DNA from: Antechinus flavipes
Lineage: Eukaryota
NCBI RefSeq assembly: GCF_016432865.1
Contig: NC_067402.1
Span: 5,580,001-5,644,000 of the forward strand
Direction of reading: 5' to 3'
Length of the DNA stretch: 64,000 nt
Shown: positions 1 to 10,750 of the stretch, in pieces
Layout of the letters: each line of letters begins with the position of its first letter
Numbering within the stretch: the stretch's first letter is position 1
Position numbers and translations under genes: made by a program
The notes under the pieces: generated by a model
The model's database searches: none
Told to the model about the DNA's origin: nothing
Seen by the model: the letters and a program-made list of their open reading frames with translations, nothing else

Positions 1-60
1 GACATACAGAGAGAGACACAGAGAGTCAGACACCCACACACCCACACACCCCACAGAAAC

Positions 61-145
<85 letters not shown>
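1..145. repeat. (GA)n microsatellite with CA/GA-mixed lead-in
   Basis: Visible GA dinucleotide run from ~59 to 141. Confidence 0.95.
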
Positions 146-147
<2 letters not shown>

Positions 148-499
148 TCCAAATTGTTTATTCCTCAAGCACACAGACAGGTACAGGAAGACTTCTAGAG
201 ACAGACAGCCCCTCACTCAGAAGTCCCAAAGATCCGAGCACACACAGTCTGGGAGGCTATACATGTTACTATACTATACTATAACATGTTATTGATATGT
301 AGATATGTAAATGCCTTTTGGTGTAAGTATCCCTTGTTTCAAGTAAGACACAGGTAGTCACCCCCCCCCCCTGACTCCTCAGAAAGGCCGAGAGCCCTTA
401 GGGGAGATGGGGAGCCAAACCAGACACTGTCAGCAGGCTCCCTCTGGGCTGGAGGGTCTCATACCCCACACAGAATTTCCCCACTGTCTGCGGCCCTCT

Positions 500-650
500 A
501 CAGTGACCCTGGACAAGTCACTTCCCCCTCTTTGCCTCAGTTTCCTCATCTGTAAAATGGGCTGGGGAAGGAAATGGCCAATCACTCTGCGTCTTTGCCA
601 GGAAAACCCCACATCGGGTCACAAAGAGTTGGACTTGACTAACAACAACA
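500..650 (+). mobile_element. MIR/MAR1-type CORE-SINE fragment
   Basis: CORE motif 'gtgaccctggacaagtcactt...gcctcagtttcctcatctgtaaaatggg' followed by the marsupial MAR1-like tail 'gaaggaaatggccaatcactct...ctttgccaggaaaacccc...gggtcacaaagagttggacttgact'. Confidence 0.8.
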
Positions 651-1119
651 GACTGAGGAGAGTGAAATGCAACTTTTTTCAGCGCCAGCAGAGAGTGCCT
701 ATTTCTGTAAGAAGGCACCGCCTTTCTGGCTCCCTTCAGTTTGCCAGCGTTTGTCCTAACGCCGCGCCCCAGAATGTCCCCGTGACCCCAGACATAGTCT
801 GAGCAGTGCAGGATACCTTCAGACCCTCCCTTCTTATTCCTTAGGCGCACTGCCACATCAGGCAGGGTTCAGAGGGACCTTGCAGACACTAAAGTCTTTA
901 TTATTAGGATTATATATATTATTATTATTAATTATTATTAATAATGTCCTTATTCATTTTCATCTAATTTGATTTAAATTTAATTCTGATAAATGAACTT
1001 GCCTATGTCACCAGCGGGCTAATTTCCCTGACTTTTACTAGTAGAGTCCTGGTCCCAGAATTCCTTCTGCTCCTGAATGGAGTTGGCCAACTATTTGTTC
1101 AAACCAAATAGCTCTTGTT

Positions 1120-1480
1120 TTCGAGTAAGTGTCGAGGGGCGGCTCTCGGCCCGAAGCTTATTTCTGGTGGGAAGCATTGATTTGTCTCTCCGGGTCCCCA
1201 GGAATAAACACTTATTAAGCGTTCACCAGGTGCCCCATACACTGTGAAGTGCTGGGGACACCAACCAACCCCGAGCTCAGGGAGCGCCCAGTTTAACGAG
1301 CAAGCTTGGAGAAGGCGCGGTCCCCGGCTGGGCTCGGACATCCTCCCCGACCGGCCTCTCCCGCTGACGCCCTGATCACCTTGGGCGTAGAACCCTGAGC
1401 GCCGGCCTCGTTACCTCCGACTCGCCCTTCCTACCGGAGGCGAGGGAGCGCGACTCTGTCCCCGGCGCTTTCGGGAAGGG
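1120..1480. promoter_or_regulatory. CpG-island-like segment overlapping L2 3'-end relics
   Basis: About 30 CpGs counted by eye in ~350 bp. 1203-1290 resembles an L2 3' end on the minus strand ('aataaacacttattaagcg...ctgtgaagtgctggggacac'). Confidence 0.6.
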
Positions 1481-1846
1481 TCACTGTATTTATTCAGTGC
1501 CAGTAACTTGAGAATGAATTCCAACATGTGGGGAGGCTCTTCAATATTGTTTTGCAAATGAGTTGACATGAAACCAAATAGTGATAATGTGCTGCGATGG
1601 GTAAGGTTAATAGCTCCTGATTACCTCTTTCCAGTACAATCACAAACACATTATTTAAATAGCCCCTCTCCTCAAACGAACTGATAAATAAGCATGACTT
1701 CTCAACGTGCTGGAAAAGATAGGTGCCATGGAAGAGATATTACATCATGGGATGTTGGAAGGGAAAATAGACAATAATTATCCCAAAAGAGGTCCCAATC
1801 TCTTATAAGTACATATCTATGTGGATACGCATATATTCAGATATAT

Positions 1847-1850
<4 letters not shown>

Positions 1851-1905
<55 letters not shown>
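1851..1905. repeat. (AT)n microsatellite
   Basis: Pure AT run; produces the spurious YIYI ORFs. Confidence 0.95.
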
Positions 1906-1913
<8 letters not shown>

Positions 1914-2271
1914 TATTTATTAATTGATGAGATAGATGATAGACAGATAGCTGAATATATAGATGGATGGATGATAGATAGATCTTGGCTGACTCTCCAT
2001 TATCTAAAATAAAAGACAACATTCATAACCTGGTAGTAACAGCCTCCCTTGTTCTGACTTTCATTTGTCCAGCCTGTCTTCTCTCCTCAGTTCTCTTCAA
2101 ATGCTTTCTTCTGCTCCAGGTTGGCGTCTGAGTTTTACTCTGTACAGGACAGTCTTTCTCTTGCCCCTGAGTCTTGGCTCGGAGTGTCCCTTGGTGGTGA
2201 GCTTCCTTCTCTCCTCACTTATGCATTTTGCCACCCCAGGCTCTCTTCAAGACTTGGCTCCAACCCCACTT

Positions 2272-2405
2272 CCTGCACCTCCTGCACCTCCTGCACCTCC
2301 TGCATCTCCTGCACCTCCTGCACCTCCTGCACCTCCTGCACTTCCTGCACCTCCTGTACCTCCTGCATCTCCTGCACCTCCCGCACCTCCTGCACCTCCT
2401 GTACC
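2272..2405. repeat. 9-bp minisatellite (CCTGCACCT)n, 14 full units plus one partial
   Basis: Units counted directly; variants CCTGCATCT, CCTGCACTT, CCTGTACCT, CCCGCACCT. Confidence 0.95.
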
Positions 2406-4921
2406 AGGATGCTCCCGATTCTCTGAGTTATAGCTCCCTTCAATTTGAAATCCCTCTGTAAATTCCTCCTACTTGTTTATCTACTTTTCTTTGTCCATGT
2501 TACTTCCCATTCCCCATCTTCTTTCCCCAAGGAGAAAATAAACTTTAGGTCAGACTTTTTTTTTGGTTACAATCCTCCCAAACCTTTAAATAGTAGGAAC
2601 TTAAATATTTATTGAGTTGAATTGAAGAAGAAAGGGATGGTAGAGGGAACAAGGCCAAAATGCCCATCAGCCAAAGAAAGGAGAAAAAAATGAAACAGAC
2701 CACCAAAGATTAGTGTCTTCAAGCTGTGTCTGGAGGGCAAATCAATTCAGGGCTGCTCTTCTTTCAGCTGAAATCCCATTCTCTAAACTCCCCCAATCTC
2801 TGGAAAGCCTGAAAGTCAGTAAAGATCTCACCCTCACTTTTCCCTCAAAGGTCACCGGCTTTGGATCAATAATAATAAAAACTAATAATTAACATTCATC
2901 TAAAACTTGCCATGTGCTAGCCACTGCTAAGTGCTTTAAAATGTCTCATTTGATCCTACAACAACCATCTTAGAGATGAGAAAACCGGAGTAGAGAGAAG
3001 TTAAATGACTTTCCCATAGTCATACAATTAAGTGTCTGAGACTGGAACTCAGTGCCAGCTTTCCTACCTATATTTTTTGATTTGATTGTCTCTTTGGAGA
3101 CCATAGTTGCAGGAGGAAGAGCTCAGTGTGGAAAGGAGAAGGTGTTATTATCCTCTCCACCCTCATCCTCCTCCCATTCTGAGCAACTAGAAGAGGGAAA
3201 CCTTTTGGTTTGTGTCCCTTCAGCAAGGAAGCCTTTTGATCTTTTCTGAGAATATTTTTAATGCATAAAATAAAACAGATGAGATTAGAGAGGAAGGCGA
3301 TTATGTTAAAATTGTAATCACAACAAAACAAGATAATAGAAGAATTTAGTTCCCTGAGCCTGGATTAGGTTGCTAAGCTCTGTGGGTGTCAGGTATTATG
3401 TGACTGAGCTGTAGACTCCTCACAATGGCCCCAGAGCTCAGGGCGAAGGATTTATGGGGAAGATGAATGGGATCTTGGGCCGTCTGAAGCTCCTTGGTGC
3501 TGGAGCACCCACGTTCTCAGGCGGTTTCAGGATCATCGCCAGTCCTTCCCCCAGGACTGTGGGTCCTTCACCCTCACTCTCACCCTCACCATCCTGTGAG
3601 ACTCACGACCACAGCTGTGCTTCCTGCACCTCCTGCACTTCCTGCACCTCCTGTACCTCCTGCATCTCCTGCACCTCCCGCACCTCCTGCACCTCCTGTA
3701 CCAGGATGCTCCCGATTCTCTGAGTTATAGCTCCCTTCAATTTGAAATCCCTCTGTAAATTCCTCCTACTTGTTTATCTACTTTTCTTTGTCCATGTTAC
3801 TTCCCATTCCCCATCTTCTTTCCCCAAGGAGAAAATAAACTTTAGGTCAGACTTTTTTTTTGGTTACAATCCTCCCAAATCTTTAAATAGTAGGAACTTA
3901 AATATTATTGAGTTGAATTGAAGAAGAAAGGGATGGTAGAGGGAACAAGGCCAAAATGCCCATCAGCCAAAGAAAGGAGAAAAAAATGAAACAGACCACC
4001 AAAGATTAGTGTCTTCAAGCTGTGTCTGGAGGGCAAATCAATTCAGGGCTGCTCTGCTTTCAGCTGAAATCCCATTCTCTAAACTCCCCCAATCTCTGGA
4101 AAGCCTGAAAGTCAGTAAAGATCTCACCCTCACTTTTCCCTCAAAGGTCACTGGCTTTGGATCAATAATAATAAAAACTAATAATTAACATTCATCTAAA
4201 ACTTGCCATGTGCTAGCCACTGCTAAGTGCTTTAAAATGTCTCATTTGATCCTACAACAACCATCTTAGAGATGAGAAAACCGGAGTAGAGAGAAGTTAA
4301 ATGACTTTCCCATAGTCATACAATTAAGTGTCTGAGACTGGAACTCAGTGCCAGCTTTCCTACCTATATTTTTTGATTTGATTGTCTCTTTGGAGACCAT
4401 AGTTGCAGGAGGAAGAGCTCAGTGTGGAAAGGAGAAGGTGTTATTAATCTCTCCACCCTCATCCTCCTCCCATTCTGAGCAACTAGAAGAGGGGAAACCT
4501 TTTGGTTTGTGTCCCTTCAGCAAGGAAGCCTTTTGATCTTTTCTGAGAATATTTTTAATGCATAAAATAAAACAGATGAGATTAGAGAGGAAGGCGATTA
4601 TGTTAAAATTGTAATCACAACAAAACAAGCTAATAGAAGAATTTAGTTCCCTGAGCCTGGATTAGGTTGCTAAACTCTGTGGGTGTCAGGTATTAATTGT
4701 GACTGAGCTGTAGACTCCTCACAATGGCCCCAGAGCTCAGGGTGAAGGATTTATGGGGAAGATGAATGGGATCTTGGGCCGTCTGAAGCTCCTTGGTGCT
4801 GGAGCACCCACGTTCTCAGGCGGTTTCAGGATCATCGCCAGTCCTTCCCCCAGGACTGTGGGTCCTTCACCCTCACTCTCACCCTCACCATCCTGTGAGA
4901 CTCACGACCACAGCTGTGCTT
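2326..4921 (+). repeat. Tandem duplication: copy 1 2326-3622 (1297 bp), copy 2 3623-4921 (1299 bp)
   Basis: Base-by-base match with roughly nine differences; duplicated ORFs in the track (3052/4348, 3454/4753, 3494/4793). Confidence 0.95.
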
Positions 4922-5284
4922 CCTGTACTGAGACTTCCCAACAAGCAGCAGGAACCTGGGGCCTCCCTCACCGTGTCTGGGGTGACTGCTGATGGGCAGC
5001 TTGGGAACGCTTTTTGGAAGCAGCTTCTTGCCTCCAGTCCTGGGCTCCTCCCATAGAACTGGACCCTCTTCTTCCCCCGGACCCCAAGAACAGTAATAAC
5101 GGACGCTAATAGTGCACCTGGAGATTGACAAGGTGTTTGACATTTGCTGCCTCCTATGAGCCTCACAGACCCTACAAGGACAATTGTACATATTGGATAG
5201 AGAAGGAAATGGCTCAGTCAGTTAATTTAAATGACCAACCCAGGATCACCAAGTTTTGAGCATAAGAAAAATGATTTCATCTTG

Positions 5285-5331
5285 CATCTCTCTGTCTCTG
5301 TTTCTCTGTCTCTGTCTCTTTCTCTCTCTCT

Positions 5332-5371
<40 letters not shown>
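5285..5371. repeat. Compound (TC)n-(TG)n microsatellite
   Basis: TCTG/TC run followed by a TG run. Confidence 0.9.
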
Positions 5372-5372
<1 letters not shown>

Positions 5373-6169
5373 ACTTTTTTGGTGAATTCCTTTACTACCA
5401 AGAGGGGAAAAAGAGCACAGATACAAAATGATAAAACCCTTGGCAAGGAGAGCACCTGACAGGGAAACAGCAGCTTAGATGGGTAAAAATAAAAGAGTGG
5501 AATGAAGCTGAGGTCCCAGCTGGGTGTTTCAGCAGCTTTGGGATAAAAATCTCTCTCCTAGTCTCCCTCAACCTGAGCCCTGGATTCGAGTCCAAGCTCT
5601 GATCCACAAAATCTATGTGACTATAGAAAGTCACCTCTTTCTGTGTCCCAGTTGACACCTTAAGGCCAGAAGTTTCCGAGAAAGCATGATATGATCATGA
5701 TGTGATCCGCATATTGGAAACTTCCTTGTGAAGAGCCCAAGTCTGTGCTGGACAGCGCCCCTCTCCCAGTGCTCTCTGCCTCACCTGTCATTGCGAGGGT
5801 CACATGGGGAATACTTTGTGAATGTGCTTTGGGACTAAATAAAGTTTGTTCAGATGCTTGTCTTGTCTCATTAATTGAGCCCTCAAAGCCACAGGACAAT
5901 CAAAATAGCCAGAAATTTGTAAGTGAGCTCGGCACTCGACATCACCCAGGAAAGTCTGGAACTTGGGGAAGGAAATGCAGCGGGCATGCATTAAAAACCT
6001 ACTCTTTATGAGGAATTGTGATAGGTACAGGGTTCACGAAGAAAGCGGTAGAACAGTCCCTGTTTTCCAGAAGTTTGTATTCTATTGAGTGAGATGAAGT
6101 AAGGTGGTGGTGAAGGAAAACAATCACATGCACACACACAGACATATATCTCTATACATATATAAATAT

Positions 6170-6345
6170 ACATCTATATATATACATACAGACTATCTGT
6201 CTGTCTGTCTGTCTGTCTATATATCTGTGTATCTATTTACAATCACCTATCATCTATCTATCCATCTGTCTATCTATCTGTCTTTCTGTCAATATATCTG
6301 TGTATCTATCTACAATCACCTATCATTTATCTATCTATCTATCTA

Positions 6346-6376
<31 letters not shown>

Positions 6377-6423
6377 GTCTTTCTGTCTATATATCTGTGT
6401 ATCTATCTACAATCACCTATCAT

Positions 6424-6469
<46 letters not shown>

Positions 6470-6532
6470 GTCTGTCTATCTATCTGTCTTTCTGTCTATA
6501 TATCTGTGTATCTATCTACAACCACCTATCAT

Positions 6533-6564
<32 letters not shown>

Positions 6565-6630
6565 TTATCTGTCTGTCTTTCTGTCTCATATCTGTATATC
6601 TATTTACAATCACCTATCACCTATCTATCC

Positions 6631-6680
<50 letters not shown>

Positions 6681-6862
6681 TTGTCTGCCTGTCTATATAT
6701 CTCTATATCTATCTACAATCACCTATCTATCTATCTATCTGTCATCTATCTGTCTGTCTGTCTATCTATGTCTGTCAGTCTGTTGGTCTATCTGTCTGTC
6801 TGTCTGTCTTATATCTGTATATCTATTTACAATCACCTATCATCTATCTATCTATCTATCTA

Positions 6863-6893
<31 letters not shown>

Positions 6894-6994
6894 GTCTGTC
6901 TATATATCTGTATATCTATCTACAATCACCTATCATCTATCTATTTATCTATCTGTCTATCTATCCATCTATCTGTCTGTCTATATATCTGTAT
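6170..6994. repeat. (TCTA/TCTG)n GATA/GACA-type satellite with higher-order units
   Basis: Tetranucleotide runs punctuated by a recurring 'acaatcacctatc' anchor (8 copies); runs into an assembly gap. Confidence 0.9.
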
Positions 6995-7137
6995 NNNNNN
7001 NNNNNNNNNNNNNNNNNNNNNNNNNNNNNNNNNNNNNNNNNNNNNNNNNNNNNNNNNNNNNNNNNNNNNNNNNNNNNNNNNNNNNNNNNNNNNNNNNNNN
7101 NNNNNNNNNNNNNNNNNNNNNNNNNNNNNNNNNNNNN
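6995..7137. other. Assembly gap (N run)
   Basis: N bases. Confidence 1.
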
Positions 7138-7889
7138 CAAAGTGCTTTTTTGGTGAGAAAATGAAGTCAGGGTTGGTGCTGAGGAAGGAAGGAGTGCACT
7201 TGTATCTAGAAAGATCAGCAAAGTCTTTGAAAAAGAGGATCAGGGTTTCCTTTGATAGGGAAGAATGGGTTAGAAAATGCAAGGCCTGGTGGGATGATTC
7301 TCTGATTTTGGCTGAAGCATAAGTAAGTTTAAGGAACCAGTCCCTCGAAGGCAGCCCCTGCCTTTGGTCTCAGGAAACAGAAAACAGAAGAACTCATCTC
7401 AGGAAAGGCTTCCCTTAAGTCAAGAAAGGAGTTAAAGGGGAAGCCAAGAGGTAGTGTTCTACTTGGGGAAGATGAATGGAGTGGCACTTTTCATTTATTT
7501 AGTATTCAGGATCTCAGGTTTAATTAGGGCTCCTTTGTCACATCATTCATCAAATGCTCTTGAAAAAATGGAAATTCACCTCCAAGTTTCTTTGGCCTCA
7601 GGCAGGCTTTTCCTACTTTTATCTCATTTGAGTTTATTGACGTTCAGTAAAAAGCAGAGATTGACTTGTAAGTACTGAGGCAGTGACAAGGAGAGAATAT
7701 GTGTTATAAGGACTCCCAAATCCCCCAGCCAACTTCTTATTAACTCGCTTTTCTTTAAGCAATGGTTGGAGACCATTAAGGTTTTTCTCAAAGTTTGTTT
7801 TTTTTTTTTCCAAAAAATCTTTCATTCAGGGGACCTGAGATAGACTTGATTAGAGCTTTTAATGGCTATAGAGGAAGAAATAGGCCCCA

Positions 7890-8215
7890 TCTACTGATAA
7901 GTACATTTGAGAAAGTTTCCTTGGTCAACAAGTAATATTAATATGAATGAACAGGGTGATGTAGAAACCCAGAAAACTCTGGTAATCAGAGACACTAAGA
8001 GAGACAGCACTTCTAGGAATTAAGCAGAGAGAGTCCTGCTCTGGCCTCTGGCCTAATGAGAGCCTGGCCGGACTCCTTCTTTGGAAAGATATCGATAAGC
8101 TGGAAAGTCTGGAGGAGAAGGCAGCCTTGAATGCAGAGCCTTGAGATGATACCATAGTAAGGTCACCAAAATGGATGGATTCAAAGGTGGTGTGTCCTCC
8201 TTGGGAGTCTTCAAG
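7890..8215 (+). mobile_element. CR1/L3 LINE fragment (ORF2 3' region)
   Basis: Decayed translation NINMNEQGDVETQK...KRDSTSRN and LLWKDIDKLES resembles CR1 KLNMSQQCDVAAKK...KRGIASR and FKKDIDKLE; 'gtgtcctccttgggagtcttcaagc' resembles the CR1 SPSLEVFK segment. Confidence 0.7.
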
Positions 8216-8224
8216 CTTTGTCCC

Positions 8225-8575
8225 CTATAGGACTTAAACCCATTGGTAGTTAAGGAAATGTCCATTCCAAGCATTTGAAGACTTCCTCCCATTCCAAGGA
8301 AACAACTTCTTCCAAAGACCATGAAGATGCAGACCCGACAGCATGAGGCCATTAAAGCTTGGTCAGACATTGAAGGCATAAGCCACGGTTATCTGATGCT
8401 TCCCAGGCCATCTCTGGTCATCCTGACTTTTGTCCTGCCGCTTGACTTCAATTCTGGAAGGGAAAGAGACCGACAGCTTTGTACAGCGCTGCTTCACTTA
8501 AATCCGATTTATTCACAAGTCAAGACATCATCCCATGATGTCATTGGCCCTCTTTGAAAATGACATGAAGGAGTC
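8225..8575 (-). mobile_element. Marsupial RTE 5' region or RTE-derived SINE
   Basis: Minus strand reads 'aagagggccaatgacatcatgggatgatgtcttgacttg...ggatttaagtgaagcagcgctgtacaaag...caatgtctgaccaagc...ggaagtcttcaaatgcttgg', matching my recollection of the marsupial RTE/RTE-SINE 5' consensus. Confidence 0.65.
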
Positions 8576-8779
8576 ATGATGAATGACATCATGAGGAGAT
8601 CCGATGGGTATATTATAGGTGAGCTCCACTTTGATAGATGAACCGAGTCTTTCCAACTTCCTTATTATCTCTGCTGTAAGCATAATATTGCCCATTATAA
8701 TCACAGTGTTCTGTGGTGCTGTTGTTATTTTTGTGGTTCTTTCCATTATTATATGATCTTGTGAAATATCAAAAGTTGA

Positions 8780-9250
8780 TCTTGTTTGGGAATTCTTAAA
8801 ACTCAGGACAGAATGTGCTTGGAACTGAACTTAGTGTCAGAGGCCATGCAACAGAACCAGAAATGGAGGACTTGGGACCGTTCTTCAAACCCAAACTGGA
8901 GTAGAGCCTTTTATGTGACCCTCAAAGAGGAATCCATGGCCGTGGATATCAGAGAGGGTGGGATAAGGTTACTAAAAGTTACTTTGGGCTGCATGTCAGG
9001 AGTAGAATAGAAGAAACCACCAAGATACTGTGGAATTAATCATGGAAGGGTTTGGATCATAAAGCAATACTGAGGAACAACAGATACATGGATTATGTGA
9101 CATAAGGAACGTTTTGAGCTTTGTGATTGTTTTTAATCCAGACAACGCAGTAGGTTCTCTTCAGAAAATCTGTGGGAAAACATGGACAAAAATCACCCAA
9201 GATTTAAAGCTGTGGATGGAATGGAACTGTGATATCCACGAATGCATATT
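8780..9250 (+). mobile_element. Degraded RTE-clade LINE 3' end (ORF C-terminus)
   Basis: Frameshifted pieces LHVRSRIEETTKIL...DHKAILRNNRY and GSLQKICGKTWTKITQDLKLWMEWNCDIH resemble the RTE C-terminal LRRRSGVKD...GHVARMRDNRW and DPL.RIYGKTWTRIAQD..AWMGCDLH motifs. Confidence 0.55.
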
Positions 9251-9889
9251 TGGGACATGGGCGCCCAGGACCCCAAAGCACATCTCAACGACTTTATCTC
9301 TTTAGATACATTCAAATATAGAAAAAAAGATGGTCATCTTTATAGTTTCTAACAATGTCTGAAATCCTATCTGAAAGGGAGGAAAGGAATCTTGAAGGTG
9401 AACACTTAGCCATCGTGTAACAGCCTTTAGTGTTCAGGAAATGCTGCTATTTGTCCATGTGGCCTGCCAGGGGCAGCCAGAGCTTGCCAGACTGGGAGAT
9501 TGTGGAGGTGTTGATTGGCACCCAAGGGAAGCCTTCTCCTATAGTCTTTTGGGTGTCTTTCAACCTTTTTTGATTGTCCTTCAAACCCAACTCAGAAATA
9601 ATCAGTCCCTTATCCCTTTCATAAACCTTTTAACAGAAGAGATCTGGAATATCCCCTTTTTAAACCTACCAACATTTTCAGTGGAGACATTGGTAAATGA
9701 CTCCTCTCAGCCTGAGAGGTTAATATGAGGCAGGCTCGCAGACTAATTATAACGTGTTCCTCACATGTTCTCATGTGTGGGGCTGACTCTCTTTCTGCCC
9801 CGTGACTTGCCAGAGCTTCATGTCAGGATGCTCGTGCACCTATGGAAATGACTTCCATATCTATGGAAATACCACCGCCTTATCCCTCC

Positions 9890-10750
9890 TCCATTCCATT
9901 AAGAGACTGAGCCATGAAGGAATAACTTGAGAAGGTCATTGATCATTGGTCAAATGTGTAGTACCTAGAGAAGGGTAAAATGGATGGTAGAGGGCCTTGA
10001 GTCTCTGCCATGTAAGGATTGTTGAAGAAATTGAGGAGAATTACCCTACCTGTGATAATTAAAAAGGTTCTGGAGACAGTTTCCGGGTAATGAAATAATT
10101 TTATTAATTGGACCAGCAAAGATGGTCATTTGGCCATCTCTCAGACCAAAGACCACCATGGTGGCAGGCTCACAAAACTCTTCAAAGAATAAGTGATCAT
10201 TGAGGGGCTGAGAATGACTTCATTGGGCAGAGACTTCTCTTTCTACCCCCGCACCCCAGCCTGGGTAATCTAATCAAAGGATATATGTTTGACCCAAGTC
10301 CATTGAGCAGAACACAATGGCTACTCCACTTGGAAGTGTCTGCCCGAGAAAGTCAGCCCAGTCTCATTATCAGCCATGTCCTTTAAGAGACTGAACTTAT
10401 AAAAATCGAGACTTTAGAAGAAGGGGAACTCTGGATCTCCCCAAATCAGTGCTTATAAATAATATTTTTTCTCATGGCAAAAAGAAGACACGCAGAGTGA
10501 AACTACAGCTGCCTTCAAATACTTGAAAAGGAGTCCCAGAGAAGGTAAATCGGTCTTGTTTTCTCCGGCCACAGAGGGAAGAAGCAGGTTGTTAAAAAGT
10601 AAATTTAGACCCGACATCAAGAAAAAAGTTGACTGAGCTATGTCAGCTCCCAGAGGATCGAGCAGCCTGGTTCGGGAAGTGGGGACGATCCCCCTTGCTG
10701 GGGTCTGCGAGCTGGGCCAGGTACATGACACAGTATTGTTCCGAGCCAAG
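9890..10750 (+). mobile_element. CR1/L3 3' fragment interrupted by an LTR-like insertion
   Basis: 'agagggccttgagtctctgccatgtaaggattgttgaagaaattgagg' (KGLESMPYED.LKEL-like) resumes after ~10477 with 'aaaagaagac...gctgccttcaaatacttgaaaagg'. Confidence 0.65.
10030..10475 (-). mobile_element. Probable solo LTR
   Basis: A ~450-bp block splits the CR1 sequence; on the minus strand it ends in ...TATCACA and has AATAAA (plus-strand tttatt near 10100). No clear TSD found. Confidence 0.4.

Noticed and set aside
1821-2022. YIYIYI ORFs on both strands
   Set aside because: Translations of an (AT)n microsatellite.
2065-2461. PAP, CTS, LHL and EVQ repeat 'proteins' (also 3454-3730)
   Set aside because: Three-codon periodicity comes from the 9-bp minisatellite; the flanks are L2-like, with no splice or start context.
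6104-7322. 250-350 aa ORFs (YLSI repeats)
   Set aside because: Stop-free (TCTA/TCTG)n satellite plus N-gap read-through.
8640-8750. Hydrophobic TM-like stretch on + (FLIISAVSIILPIIITVFC...) and piggyBac-like NTVIIMGN...IRKL..LG on -
   Set aside because: A T-rich/AAC-rich low-complexity segment explains both; no flanking env, GPCR or transposase motifs at the right distances.
8935-9300. Hexokinase-like fragments (AVDI...RLLKV; TWTK; RFKA)
   Set aside because: Short chance matches in different frames; the TWTK is part of the RTE GKTWT.I.QD motif.
8600-9600. Possible endogenous filovirus/bornavirus element on the minus strand: GHGFLFE (8921-8941) versus filovirus NP GHGFRFE; LIPQYLGG (9016-9039), KDNQ and LAGH versus Mononegavirales L motifs
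   Set aside because: Spacings do not match the viral proteins, the hits point to two different genes in different frames, motifs A and B are absent, and the plus strand is better explained by an RTE LINE C-terminus. A tblastn/HMM search would be the definitive test.
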